A DNA stretch of 64,000 nucleotides from Candidatus Eiseniibacteriota bacterium (GTDB lineage: Bacteria > Eisenbacteria > RBG-16-71-46): assembly GCA_963776245.1 (NCBI GenBank), contig CAVZLN010000005.1, positions 127,253-191,252 of the forward strand, given 5' to 3'. Each line of letters begins with the position of its first letter. The first letter of the stretch is position 1. Below, in pieces: positions 9,990 through 20,126 of the stretch. Position numbers and translations under genes: made by a program. The notes beneath the pieces were generated by a model that did not search any database, had not been told where the DNA came from, and saw only the letters and a list, made by a program, of their open reading frames with translations.

Positions 9990-11387
9990 ATGTTCGCTCG
10001 CAGCCGCCAGCTCCTCGCCACCGGGATCTTCGTGCTCGACGCCGCGCTCATCTACGGCGCGTGGCTCGGGGCGTATGGGCTGCGCTTCCACGCGCTCGGG
10101 CTGCCCGCGCCGCTCGGGATCCCGCCGTTCTCGCTCTACCTGTGGAGCGGCGCGGTGCTCACCCCGGTCGCGCTCCTGATCCTGCGCACGCTGCGGGTCT
10201 ATCGCTCGGCCCGCACCGCGCGGCTCTCGCTCGAGCTCTATCACGTCGCGGTCGCCATGCTCATCACCGCGGGGATCGCGGGCGTGGGCTCGTTCTACGC
10301 GCGCGGCGAGCTGTCGCGCTCGATGGTGCTGGTGTTCCTGCTGCTCTCGACCACCGCCCTGGGCGCGAGCCGGCTCGGCCTGCGCATCGTGCTCCGCGCG
10401 CTGCGCCGCGCCGGGCGCAACCTGCGCCACGTGCTCATCGTCGGTACCGGCGAGCTGGCCCAGCTGCTGATCGCGAAGATCCACTCCCATGACGACTTCG
10501 GCCTGCGCATCGAGGGCCTGGTGGCGGCGCGCGCGGAGGAGGTGGGCACGCGGATCGGCGGCCACCCGGTGGTGGGCGCGGTGTCCGACCTCCAGCGGCT
10601 GGTCGAGAGCACCGGGGCCGAGATCGTGTACCTGGCGCTCCCGCGCGCCGAGTACGAGGCCGAGCACGCGGCGCTGACGCGGCTCGCGGACTCCACCGCC
10701 GCGGTGCGGCTGGTGCCCGACCTGACCACCGCGTTCCGGCTCAATGCCAGTGTCGAGGACTTCGACGGCATGCCGGTGGTGCTGGTCACCGAGACCCCGG
10801 AGCAGGGATGGAACGCGTTCCTCAAGCGCGGGTTCGATCTGCTGGTGTCCGCCCTCGCGCTGCTGCTGCTCTCGCCGCTGCTGCTGGTGCTGGCGCTGCT
10901 CGTGAAGCTCGACTCGCCCGGGCCGGTGCTCTACCGCCAGGAGCGCGTGGGCATGAGCGGGCGGCGCTTCCGCATGCTCAAGTTCCGCAGCATGCGCGTG
11001 GACGCCGAGGCGCACGGGCCCGGCTGGTCCACGCCCGACGACCCGCGGCGCACCCGGCTCGGCGGCACGCTGCGGCGGCTCTCGCTCGACGAGCTGCCGC
11101 AGCTCTGGAACGTGTTCGTCGGCGACATGAGCCTGGTGGGACCGCGCCCCGAGCAGCCGGTGTACGTCGAGCGCTTCCGCGCCGCGTTCCCGCGCTACAT
11201 GCTGCGCCACCACATGAAGGCCGGCATGACGGGCTGGGCGCAGGTGAACGGCCTGCGCGGCGACACGCCGCTCGAGCAGCGCATCGAGTTCGACCTCCAC
11301 TACATCAAGAACTGGTCGCTCGGCTTCGACCTGAGGATCCTCGCACTCACCGTGGTGCGCGTGTTCCGCGACGCCAGCGCGAACTGA
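9990..11387 (+). CDS. Undecaprenyl-phosphate glucose phosphotransferase (WcaJ family)
   Basis: 4 TM + Rossmann-like domain + KRGFD, KFRSM, SLDELPQLWNV, GDMSLVGPRP, GMTGWAQVNG. Confidence 0.93.
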   Translation: MFARSRQLLATGIFVLDAALIYGAWLGAYGLRFHALGLPAPLGIPPFSLYLWSGAVLTPVALLILRTLRVYRSARTARLSLELYHVAVAMLITAGIAGVGSFYARGELSRSMVLVFLLLSTTALGASRLGLRIVLRALRRAGRNLRHVLIVGTGELAQLLIAKIHSHDDFGLRIEGLVAARAEEVGTRIGGHPVVGAVSDLQRLVESTGAEIVYLALPRAEYEAEHAALTRLADSTAAVRLVPDLTTAFRLNASVEDFDGMPVVLVTETPEQGWNAFLKRGFDLLVSALALLLLSPLLLVLALLVKLDSPGPVLYRQERVGMSGRRFRMLKFRSMRVDAEAHGPGWSTPDDPRRTRLGGTLRRLSLDELPQLWNVFVGDMSLVGPRPEQPVYVERFRAAFPRYMLRHHMKAGMTGWAQVNGLRGDTPLEQRIEFDLHYIKNWSLGFDLRILALTVVRVFRDASAN

Positions 11388-11421
11388 GCGCGGCGGGCGT
11401 GCCGGCCGGGGTCGCGGCGCA

Positions 11422-13065
11422 TCAGCGATAGAGCTCGAACAGCGCGGTCTCGCCGCAGCGCGTCCAGTTGGCCCGCACCCACGCCACGATCATGTAGTGG
11501 CTCGGGCGCAGTTCGATGAACCCATCGCACAGCGGATAGGCCTCGCACTTCTGGACGATCACGGTGAGCCGGCCGCGGCGCGATCCGAGATCGCGGATCA
11601 CGCGCTGGAACAGCCGTGGCGAGCCGAGTTCGGTGTCCTGCGGCCAGTCGAGCAGGAGCGGGTTGAGCTGCGGCGCCCGCACCCACCACGCGGCCAGATC
11701 GGGCACGATCGCGTAGCGCTCTCCTCCCGCGAGCGCGATCGCGTGGCGCAGGTCGGTGAGGAATGCGGCGGTGTTGAGGTTGGTGCGCAGCAGGCGGCCC
11801 CCCGGCAGCAGATGGTCGAGTGGCCGGTCCAGTTGCTCGATCGGCCGGTCGCGGTAGACCAGTTCGTGGCGCGCGCGCCACCACTGCGGCGCTCCCGCCA
11901 GCACGCCGAGCACCAGCAGCGCGGTCGTCAGGTTGCGTGAGCCGCCCGCGGCCGGCTGCGCCGCCAGCGCGATCGCCAGCGCGCCCGCGGCAAGCGCCGG
12001 GCTGGTGATGCCGATCGAGACCGAGGTGGACCACGCCACCACCAGCGCGAGTGCGGCCAGCCGCGCCGGCGCGGTCGGCCCGGCGCTCGCCAGCGACCCG
12101 AGGGCCGCTCCCGCGAGCGCGCCGAACAACAGGAACGGCATGGTCTCGTTGTAGCCCAGGTGCGCCACCTCGACCGCCGCGGCCATCGGCGTGCCCAGCA
12201 CGAGCGCGACGCCCAGCGCCGCCAGCACCGCGGCGCCGCGAGCGCGCCGCGGGACGCGCGCGAGCAGCGCCGCGGCCGCGCCGAGCGCGAAGCCGATCCA
12301 CAGGTGCGGCGAGCGCAGGTACGGTTCGATCCCGTAGCGGATGAGGTCCGTCTTCGAGCCCAACTGCGCCAGCGCGTCGGGCAGCGCGCCGCCCGCCACC
12401 AGCCACAGCGCATACGCCGCCCACGGGGCGACCAGCGCCAGCCAGCAGCGCATGTCGCGGCCGCGTCCCAGCAGCAGCAGCGCCAGCGGGCCCACCAGCA
12501 GGAAGTTCTGCCGGCACACAGCGGACGCGCCCAGCAGCACGGCTCCGGCGACGCGCGCCGCGCCAGCGCGGCGCACCGCCAGCGCGATGCCGATCGAGGC
12601 CAGCGCCAGCGCGTCGATCGAGTGCCACGCCATGATCGCGAAGTGGTAGCTGGTCAGGAACGCGGCGAGGAGCGAGAGCGCGAGCGTGCCCGCCAGGCTC
12701 CAGCCCGGCGCGGCGAGGGCCGCGGCCGCCAGCATCCACGCCGCGGCGATCGCCGCGAACTCGAGCCACACCACCAGCCGCGACAGCCAGAAGGTGAGGT
12801 CCCCGCCGAGCAGGACGACCGGCGCGTGCAGCAGCGCCGAGCCCACCGGCCGGATGGCGATGAAGTCGCGGTGCGGCATCTCGCCCGCCAGCACGCGCCG
12901 GCTGTACGCCAGCACGAAGCCATCGTCGGTGGGGTTGAAGCCTCCACGCGAGAAGGACAGGTGTGCCACGATCGCGAACCCGAGCAGCACCACCGCGGGC
13001 GCCCACGCCGGCACGCCGCCCGCGCGGACCGCGGGCGCCGGCGCGGCCACGCTCGGCTTCTTCAT
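11422..13065 (-). CDS. Multi-TM protein, probable GT-C fold glycosyltransferase
   Basis: TDDG...RRVLAGEMPHRDF after TM1, about 12 TM helices, periplasmic C-terminal domain. Confidence 0.65.
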   Translation of the reverse strand: MKKPSVAAPAPAVRAGGVPAWAPAVVLLGFAIVAHLSFSRGGFNPTDDGFVLAYSRRVLAGEMPHRDFIAIRPVGSALLHAPVVLLGGDLTFWLSRLVVWLEFAAIAAAWMLAAAALAAPGWSLAGTLALSLLAAFLTSYHFAIMAWHSIDALALASIGIALAVRRAGAARVAGAVLLGASAVCRQNFLLVGPLALLLLGRGRDMRCWLALVAPWAAYALWLVAGGALPDALAQLGSKTDLIRYGIEPYLRSPHLWIGFALGAAAALLARVPRRARGAAVLAALGVALVLGTPMAAAVEVAHLGYNETMPFLLFGALAGAALGSLASAGPTAPARLAALALVVAWSTSVSIGITSPALAAGALAIALAAQPAAGGSRNLTTALLVLGVLAGAPQWWRARHELVYRDRPIEQLDRPLDHLLPGGRLLRTNLNTAAFLTDLRHAIALAGGERYAIVPDLAAWWVRAPQLNPLLLDWPQDTELGSPRLFQRVIRDLGSRRGRLTVIVQKCEAYPLCDGFIELRPSHYMIVAWVRANWTRCGETALFELYR

Positions 13066-13093
13066 GCGATCCCTCCCGGTCCGCCGATCGCCG

Positions 13094-14227
13094 TCAGGCC
13101 ACGACCGAGCGATAGACGGCCATCGTGCGGTCCACGCAGCGCGCCCAGGTGAACCCGGTCGCCCGCTCGCTCGCGCGGCGGGCGAGGTCCGCCCGCGCAC
13201 GGTCGTCCTCGACGATCCGCGTCATGGCGCGGACCAGATCGCCCTCGTCGCGGGGTTCGATCAGGATCCCCGCGTCCCCCACCACCTCGGGCAGGGAGGA
13301 CGCGTCGGAGCAGATCACCGGCACGCCGCACGCCATGGCTTCCAGCGGAGGCAGGCCGAAGCCTTCGTAGAATGACGGGTAGACGAGGGCCGACGCGCCC
13401 GCCAGCAGTGTGGCCAGTTCGGGGCGGGGCAGGTAGCCCAGTTGCCGGACCTCACCACTCCGCACCAGCGGTGCCAGCTGCTCCTCGAGCGCCTTGGTGT
13501 GCCAGCCCTTCATGCCGATCACGACCAGCGGGTGGGCCTGCTGGATCTTCGCGGGCAGTCGCTGGTAGGCGTTCAGCGCGAGCGACAGGTTCTTGCGGGG
13601 CTCCAGCGTGCCCACCGCCAGGAAGTACCGGCCGTGCGTCAGCTGGTGCCGCCCGAGGACGTCCGCGGTCTGCGCCGCGGAGCGTGGGGTGAACATGGGC
13701 TCCACCCCGAGTGGGATGGGCGTGATCCGCCCGGGAGCGATGCCGAACAGCTCGATCAGCTCCTGCTGGATGAAGGCCGAGTCCGTGATGATGGCGCTGG
13801 CCTGCTTCAAGCCCCGCTCGAAATAGCGGCCCAGGGACATCACGCGCTCGGCCGGGTGCGCCTCGGGGTAGCGGATCCACGACAGGTCGTGGACGGTGAC
13901 CACCGTGGGCCCCTCGAACCGCAGCGGCAGGTTGTTGGGCTCGTGATACAGGTCGAACTTGCCGCGCCCGGCGCCGCGCGAGAACAGGAAGTTCTGGATC
14001 CGGCGCCGGAGCGCATAGGAGTGGGGCAGCCGGCCCCGCAACCACGGAAGCAGCTTGGCCGAGGCCGGCGAGTGGGAGGTGCGAAGGCGCGTGTCCCAAC
14101 GGCTCCCGTAGAAGAACCCGATCTCCAGGCCAGGCTGCTCCAGCAGCCCCTGCGCCAGATGGACGCAGTACTGGCCGATGCCCGTGAGGGGGCTGAGCAA
14201 CGCCGTCGCGTTGATGGCGAGGCGCAT
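13094..14227 (-). CDS. GT4 glycosyltransferase (MtfB/WbpY-like)
   Basis: TGIGQY, TVHDL, GTLEPRKNL, YEGFGLPPLEAMACG. Confidence 0.93.
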   Translation of the reverse strand: MRLAINATALLSPLTGIGQYCVHLAQGLLEQPGLEIGFFYGSRWDTRLRTSHSPASAKLLPWLRGRLPHSYALRRRIQNFLFSRGAGRGKFDLYHEPNNLPLRFEGPTVVTVHDLSWIRYPEAHPAERVMSLGRYFERGLKQASAIITDSAFIQQELIELFGIAPGRITPIPLGVEPMFTPRSAAQTADVLGRHQLTHGRYFLAVGTLEPRKNLSLALNAYQRLPAKIQQAHPLVVIGMKGWHTKALEEQLAPLVRSGEVRQLGYLPRPELATLLAGASALVYPSFYEGFGLPPLEAMACGVPVICSDASSLPEVVGDAGILIEPRDEGDLVRAMTRIVEDDRARADLARRASERATGFTWARCVDRTMAVYRSVVA

Positions 14228-15565
14228 TCAGGCGGTCCCCTTGCGCTTCTCGATCGCCTCGCGGAACACCTCGAGGTAGCGGCGGCCGACGCCCTCCCAG
14301 GTGGAAAGCGAGATGGCCTGCTCCGAGCGGGCGGCCATCGCCAGCATGCCTTCCGGGTCGCGGAGCGCGCGCGCGATCGCGTCCGCCATGGACTCAGGGT
14401 CGAGCGGATCGAAGGTCAGAGCCTCGACCCCGAGCACCTCGAGCTGCTCGAGGAACGGCGGGATGTTCGAGAACGCGACCGGGACCCGGGACTTCCAGGC
14501 GTCCATGGCCGGCCCGCAGCCCGCCTCGTACAGCGAAGCCGACACCAGCAGGCTCGCGGACTGCGTCAGGGCGTCGATCTCGGCATCCGAGACGTAGCCG
14601 AGCGCCAGCACATCCTCGCCGAGGACCAGGCCGGCCCGCTGGAGCGCGTCCTGGATGGAACGGATGTGGCCTTCGGGCGCGTCGCGTCCGATCTCGTCGG
14701 TGCCGATCCCCGCGATGACGAACTTCGGGGCCTCCGCGCCCATCCGCGACTTCAGGACTCCGGCGGCCTCGACGTAGGTCAGCAGATTCTTGTGGCGGGT
14801 CATGTTCGCCGGATAGATCACGAAGGGCCGGCCGGTCAGCCCGAAGCGCTCGAGCGCGGCCCGCCGCTGCTCGGCGTCCACCTCCCGCGCCGAGTACGGG
14901 GCGAGGTAGACCACTCGCACCTTCGGTTCGACCTCGGGGAACGCCTCCACCAGATCGCCCTTCATGAATCGGGTGGACGTCACCGCGATCTCGGCTCGAT
15001 GGCTCCAGAATCGGAAGTCGCGGTCCCACTTCTGCCAGTCGGCGGTCGAGAAGTTCTCGGGGAACCGGCGGTAGTTGAGATCGTGGAACGTCCCCACCAC
15101 GGCGGCGCGGGTCTCGAACGGCTCGAGCCACAGCGGCAGCGCGAGGTACACCACGTCGTAGGAGTCCAGTCTCGCGACCGCATCGCGCGGCATCGAGAAC
15201 ATGGTCCAGAGCTTCTCGCCCCCGAGCCGGGCGCGCGCGCGGGCGCGCGTGCGGGTGAAGAGCCCATGGAGGGCCGGCCACCGCTTCACGAGGTCGCGGG
15301 CGAGCCGCCACGCGAGGCCTTTCTCGGGCTCGACCTCGGCTCGCTGCCGGGCGTGGCCGGCCACCGCCGGATCCCGGAGCGGGATGATCCCGACCCGCGT
15401 GCCCGCGAAGAACCGCTCGAGGCCGTCGAGCTCGATCAGGGTCTGGTCGGCGAAGAAGTCGAGCTCGACGGAGGGATCAGCGCGCAGGATCCCGTCGATC
15501 AGCCCGTAGGCGAACCGCGTGATCCCGCCGGACGCCGTCACCTGGAGCACGACCGCGATGCGCAC
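14228..15565 (-). CDS. GT4 glycosyltransferase
   Basis: FHDL, YPANMTRHKN, SLYEAGCGPAMDAW. Confidence 0.85.
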   Translation of the reverse strand: MRIAVVLQVTASGGITRFAYGLIDGILRADPSVELDFFADQTLIELDGLERFFAGTRVGIIPLRDPAVAGHARQRAEVEPEKGLAWRLARDLVKRWPALHGLFTRTRARARARLGGEKLWTMFSMPRDAVARLDSYDVVYLALPLWLEPFETRAAVVGTFHDLNYRRFPENFSTADWQKWDRDFRFWSHRAEIAVTSTRFMKGDLVEAFPEVEPKVRVVYLAPYSAREVDAEQRRAALERFGLTGRPFVIYPANMTRHKNLLTYVEAAGVLKSRMGAEAPKFVIAGIGTDEIGRDAPEGHIRSIQDALQRAGLVLGEDVLALGYVSDAEIDALTQSASLLVSASLYEAGCGPAMDAWKSRVPVAFSNIPPFLEQLEVLGVEALTFDPLDPESMADAIARALRDPEGMLAMAARSEQAISLSTWEGVGRRYLEVFREAIEKRKGTA

Positions 15566-15624
15566 GGGTCAGTCCCTACGCACCGGGGCGGAGCGCGGCC
15601 GCGAGCGGAACGCGCGGCGCTCGA

Positions 15625-16269
15625 TCACCCACGGGACGGGAGGAACGGGCGTGCGGGGACGCCGACCACCGTCGTGCCGGGGGCCACGTCCTTGTTCACC
15701 ATCGCTCCGGCGCCCACAGTCGCCCCCCGCCCGATCGTGACCTTGGGGAGCACGACGGCGCCGGTGCCGATATAGCACTCCGGCTCGATGTGTACCCACC
15801 CGGAGATGTGCACCCCCGGGCTGAGGACGCAATGGTCCCCGATCGCCGCGTCGTGGCCGACGGTGACGCCGAGGTTCAGGATCACGTGCTCGCCGATCAC
15901 CACGTTGTTGGTGATGATCGTCCCGGCGGTGATGACCGTTCCGGCGCCGACGGTGACGAACGGCGACATGATCACCGAGGGGTGGATCAGCGTGATGGGC
16001 CGCAGTCCCGCTGCGACCATCTCGGCGACCTGACGTCTTCTCGGGGCCACCTCCCCCGCGCCGGCGATGCCGTACGCGCCCGCGGGGTCCGGAACATCCT
16101 CGAGCGCGCCGAGGATGGCCGAGTCGTTGAGGATCTCGCCGCGCCGCGAGCGATCGCGGTCGGCGAAGCCGAGCAGCTCGACATCGGCGTCCGGGCCGAG
16201 ATCGCGCACCACGTCCGCGATCTCGCGCGCGAATCCGCCCGCCCCGAGGATGACCAGCCGTCTCTTCAT
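15625..16269 (-). CDS. Sugar N-acetyltransferase (NeuD/PglD/PerB family)
   Basis: ILGAGGFARE, IHPS, VGHD, hexapeptide repeats, VVGVPAR. Confidence 0.9.
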   Translation of the reverse strand: MKRRLVILGAGGFAREIADVVRDLGPDADVELLGFADRDRSRRGEILNDSAILGALEDVPDPAGAYGIAGAGEVAPRRRQVAEMVAAGLRPITLIHPSVIMSPFVTVGAGTVITAGTIITNNVVIGEHVILNLGVTVGHDAAIGDHCVLSPGVHISGWVHIEPECYIGTGAVVLPKVTIGRGATVGAGAMVNKDVAPGTTVVGVPARPFLPSRG

Positions 16270-17369
16270 GACACGCCTTTCGCGACGCCGACCAAGGACT
16301 CCTTCAGCACGGTACACACCTGCTCGACGTCGCCCTCGCTCAGGTCGGGATACGAGGGCAGATTGATGCCCGAGGCGCCGAGGCGTTCCGCGACCGGGAA
16401 GCGCGCCGCTCCGCGGTACATCGGCAGCGTGTGGGCCGGGTAGAAGAACGGTCGGGTGTCCACGCCGCGGTCGCGCATCGCGGTCATGAGACCGTCGCGC
16501 AGCTCCGGTTCGACCAGCACCGAGTTCATCCACCACACCGCGCGCGCCCACTCCGCCTCGCGCTGGAGCGCGATCCCGGGCGTGCCGGCGAGCCGCTCGC
16601 GATACCAGCCGGCGATCCGGGCCTTGGTGGCCAGCACCTCGTCGACGCTCTCGAGTTGGGCGCACCCGAGGGCCGCCGCGATATTGGTCATGCGGTAGTT
16701 GAAGCCGACCACGTCGTGCCAGTAGGTCTGCGTCGGCGAGACGCCCTGGCCGCGCAGGTGGCGGAGCGTGTCGGCGAGCCGCGGGTCGTTGGTCACGACC
16801 ATGCCGCCCTCGCCGGTGGTGACGATCTTGTTGCCGAAGAACGAATACGAGCCCGCGGTGCCGAGGGCGCCCACCTTGCGGCCGCGATAGGTCGCGCCGT
16901 GGGCCTCCGCGGCGTCCTCCACGACCGCCAGTCCGCGGCGCCGCGCGATCTCGAGGATCGGATCCATGTCGGCCGGATGGCCGTAGATATGGACGACCTC
17001 GATCGCCCGGGTGCGCGGGGTGATGGCGGCTTCGAGGAGCGCCGGGTCCAGGTTCCAGAACTCGGGCTCGGAGTCCACGAACACCGGCTTCGCGCCGGTG
17101 TACGTGATGGCGTTCACGGACGCCACGTACGTCAGGCTCGGGACGATCACCTCGTCGCCGGGCCCCACGCCGAGCGCGGCGAAGATCAGATGAAGCGAGA
17201 CGGTCCCATTGCACGTGGCGATCCCCTGCGCCGCGTCCACGAACGCCGGGAACTCGCGCTCGAAGCGGTCGAGGTACTCGCCCTTGGACGAGATCCACGT
17301 CGACTCGACGGCTCGCGACACGTACTCGCGCTCCTTCGCGCCGATGCGGGGTCTGTAGACCGGGATCAT
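16266..17369 (-). CDS. DegT/DnrJ aminotransferase, GDP-perosamine synthase-like
   Basis: WISSKG, NGTVSLHL, EDAAEAHG, SFFGNKIVTTGEGG, GFNYRMTN, TRPFFYP. Confidence 0.9.
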   Translation of the reverse strand: MIPVYRPRIGAKEREYVSRAVESTWISSKGEYLDRFEREFPAFVDAAQGIATCNGTVSLHLIFAALGVGPGDEVIVPSLTYVASVNAITYTGAKPVFVDSEPEFWNLDPALLEAAITPRTRAIEVVHIYGHPADMDPILEIARRRGLAVVEDAAEAHGATYRGRKVGALGTAGSYSFFGNKIVTTGEGGMVVTNDPRLADTLRHLRGQGVSPTQTYWHDVVGFNYRMTNIAAALGCAQLESVDEVLATKARIAGWYRERLAGTPGIALQREAEWARAVWWMNSVLVEPELRDGLMTAMRDRGVDTRPFFYPAHTLPMYRGAARFPVAERLGASGINLPSYPDLSEGDVEQVCTVLKESLVGVAKGVS

Positions 17370-18870
17370 TCCGCCTCCGTGAACCGGTGCGTCAGCAGGG
17401 ACACCACGCGCCGGTCCCCCGCCTGGACGAATCCGAGCAGCACGTAGATCAGCACGAACGAGGCCGCCGAGAACACCATCAGCGCCACCGTCGTCAGCAG
17501 GCTGACGGCCAGCGCGCGCGCGGCGTACGCGATCGCGCACTGGATCACCGTCACGACGCCGACGCGCCAGTATACCTTCAGGAACTCGACGCCCGACAAA
17601 TGGAGCAGGCGCCGCTCGGTGTAGGCGATCAGCGCGGGCGCGCCGATGGCCGCGCTCACCAGATACGCGGCCGCGGCGCCGGTCACGCCGAAGGGCCGGA
17701 TCAGCACCAGGAAGAGCGCGATGTCCACGGCCGCGATCGCCAGGGTGAAGAACGCGTTGATCCGCGCCCGGCCCGAGCCATTGGCGATCCCCCACGACAT
17801 CGCCGTCGCCGCCAGCAGCGCGTAGGTCGCGACCAGCAGGACCATCGGCACCGCACTGTGGGCCGCGATGTCCGAGCCGACCCAGAAGCGCAGGAACTTG
17901 TCGGCGAACACCGCCATCGGGACCGCGAGCATCGAGATCGCGATGAACACCATCCGGCTGCCCTCGCGGTAGAGCCGCAGCAGCGTGTCGCGCTGCTCGC
18001 CGGCGAAGAAGGCGGCCGACATCGGGAACACCACGGCCGCCGCGGCCGCGACGATGCCCTGGAGCTTCTGCGCCAGGCTGCCCGGCAGGACGTAGTAGGT
18101 GATGGCGCCCACCCCGAGAAAATGACTGATCAGCAGCTTGTCGAGCTGGTAGAGCAGCAGGACGCCGATCGAGGAGAGCAGGAAGTACCCGCCGAACCGG
18201 AACAGCTCGCGCATCAGCCCGACGTCCCACACCGGGCGCAGCACGATCTCCGGGACCAGCCGCCGGGCCAGCGCGTAGCCGACCGGGAGCATGGCGGCGT
18301 TCACCACCAGGCCGGCGAGCATGATCGCGACGATGCCATGGCCCAGCCACAGGAGCACCACGGTCATGGCCGCGTTGACGGTGGTGAGCGCGAGCTGCAC
18401 GCCGGTCGAGATGTCGAAACGCTGGAGCGCCGACGGCACCGACATGAACGCGCCGATCACCAGCGAACTGGCGAAACTGGGCGCCGCCACGTAGAACGCG
18501 ACCCGCACCACCTGCTGGAGGGCGGCGGGCACACCCAGGAGCTGGGTGACCATCGTGTTCGTGAGCAACACCATCAGGACCCCGACGACCGCGCCTACGG
18601 CGAGGTAGAACGCGAGCACGGTGCTCACCACGCGCCCGATGTCGTGGGGCGCGTCGCGTTCATGGTAGGTCGCGATCTGCCGGGTCGCCGCGCCCCCGAT
18701 CCCGAAATCGAGGAAGCCGAAGAAGCCCAGCGTCACGCCGACGATCGAGAGCGCGCCGTAGAGGTCGGCCCCCAGCTTGTGCACGATGAACGGGGTGGTG
18801 AACAGGGCGATCGCCAGCGGCCAGGCGAACCCCAGAACGCCGAACGCCGAGTTCTCGAGCGCGCGCCCCG
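17366..18870 (-). CDS. Wzx flippase domain, apparently in frame with the upstream GT4 C-terminus
   Basis: TTPFIVHKLG..YG, LDFGIG, QLDKLLISHFLG, about 14 TM; no separate in-frame start found. Confidence 0.85.
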
Positions 18871-18969
18871 CGATCCCGGGAGCGGTGGCGGGGGAGCCGG
18901 GGCCGGTTCCCGCCGCGCCCTCGCGCCCCGCGATCCCCCGTGCACCGGCGTCGGCGGCGCGGGCGGGAA

Positions 18970-20126
18970 TCGCCGCCTTCGCGCGCCACGCCGCGTGCGC
19001 GCGCTCGTACGCGTCGCGGAACCGGGCGTCGAACGCCTCGACCGCGAACGGCGCGGCGAGTGCGCGCAGCTCGTCCGGATCGAACCGCTCGCGCTCGAAC
19101 ATCGCGATCCCGGCCGCCACCCCATCGGCTGACGGGGTGCCGAACAGCACGCCACCCGGCACCCGCGCCACGCCCGCCGGCCGCCACCGTCGCCAGCGCC
19201 GCCGCACTCGCGCCGCGTCCCACGGTCTCGAGCGCGCCCCCGCGGCCGTAGGCGATCACCGGCGTGCCGCTGGCCATCGCCTCGAGCGGCATGATGCCGA
19301 AGTCCTCCTCGCCCGGGAACAGCAGCGCGCGCGCGCCGGCATACACCGCGGGCATCGCGTCCTCGTCCACCCAGCCGAGGAACTCGGTGCCGGGCGGCGC
19401 CAGCCGCTCGAGCCGTTCGCGCTCCGGTCCGCTGCCCGCCACCCGCACCGCGCGCCCCAGCCGCGCGCACGCCGCCAGCGCCAGGTCGGCGCGCTTGTAC
19501 GGCGCGAACGCGCCCGCCAGCAGGTAGCGCTCGCGCGCGCCGGCGGGAGCGCCGAAGCGGTGGACGTCGACCGGCGGGTACACCACCTCGGCCTCGCGTC
19601 CCCAGTGGCGGCGGATGCGCTCGGCCACGAACCGCGAGTCCGCGAGCAGCGCGTGCGGGCGCCCGCTGGTCGCGCGGTCCCAGGTGCGCAGGTGGGCGCA
19701 GATGCGGCGCACCGCCCACGACAGCGGCCACGGAAAACGACCGGGCGGGAAGTACGCCTCCTCGAGGTCCCAGACGTAGCGCATCGGGGTGAAGACGTAG
19801 CTCAGGTGGAAGGCGCCCGGCGGGGTGCGCACGCTCTTGGCGACCGCGTGGCTGGTCGAGATCACGGCGTCGAAGCCCGCGAGATCGAACGACTCGATGG
19901 CGGCCGGGTAAAATGGCAGGAACCACCGGTAGCGTCGCTCGGCATCGGGCAGGTGCTGGAGGAACGAGGTCCGGATGGGATGCGCCTCGAGCGCCGGCGA
20001 CACCGTGCCGCGCGACCACACCAGGGTGTGGATCGGGGCGCCCGGGTGCATCGCCGCGATGCGCTCGAGCACGCGCTCGCCCCCGCGCATCCCGGTCAGC
20101 CAGTCGTGGACCAGCGCGACCTTCAT
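18970..20126 (-). CDS. GT4 glycosyltransferase (WbaZ-like), frameshift near 19175
   Basis: MKVALVHDWLTGMRGGERV, PMRYVWD, EEDFGIMPLEAMASG; C-terminus continues in the flippase frame. Confidence 0.85.
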
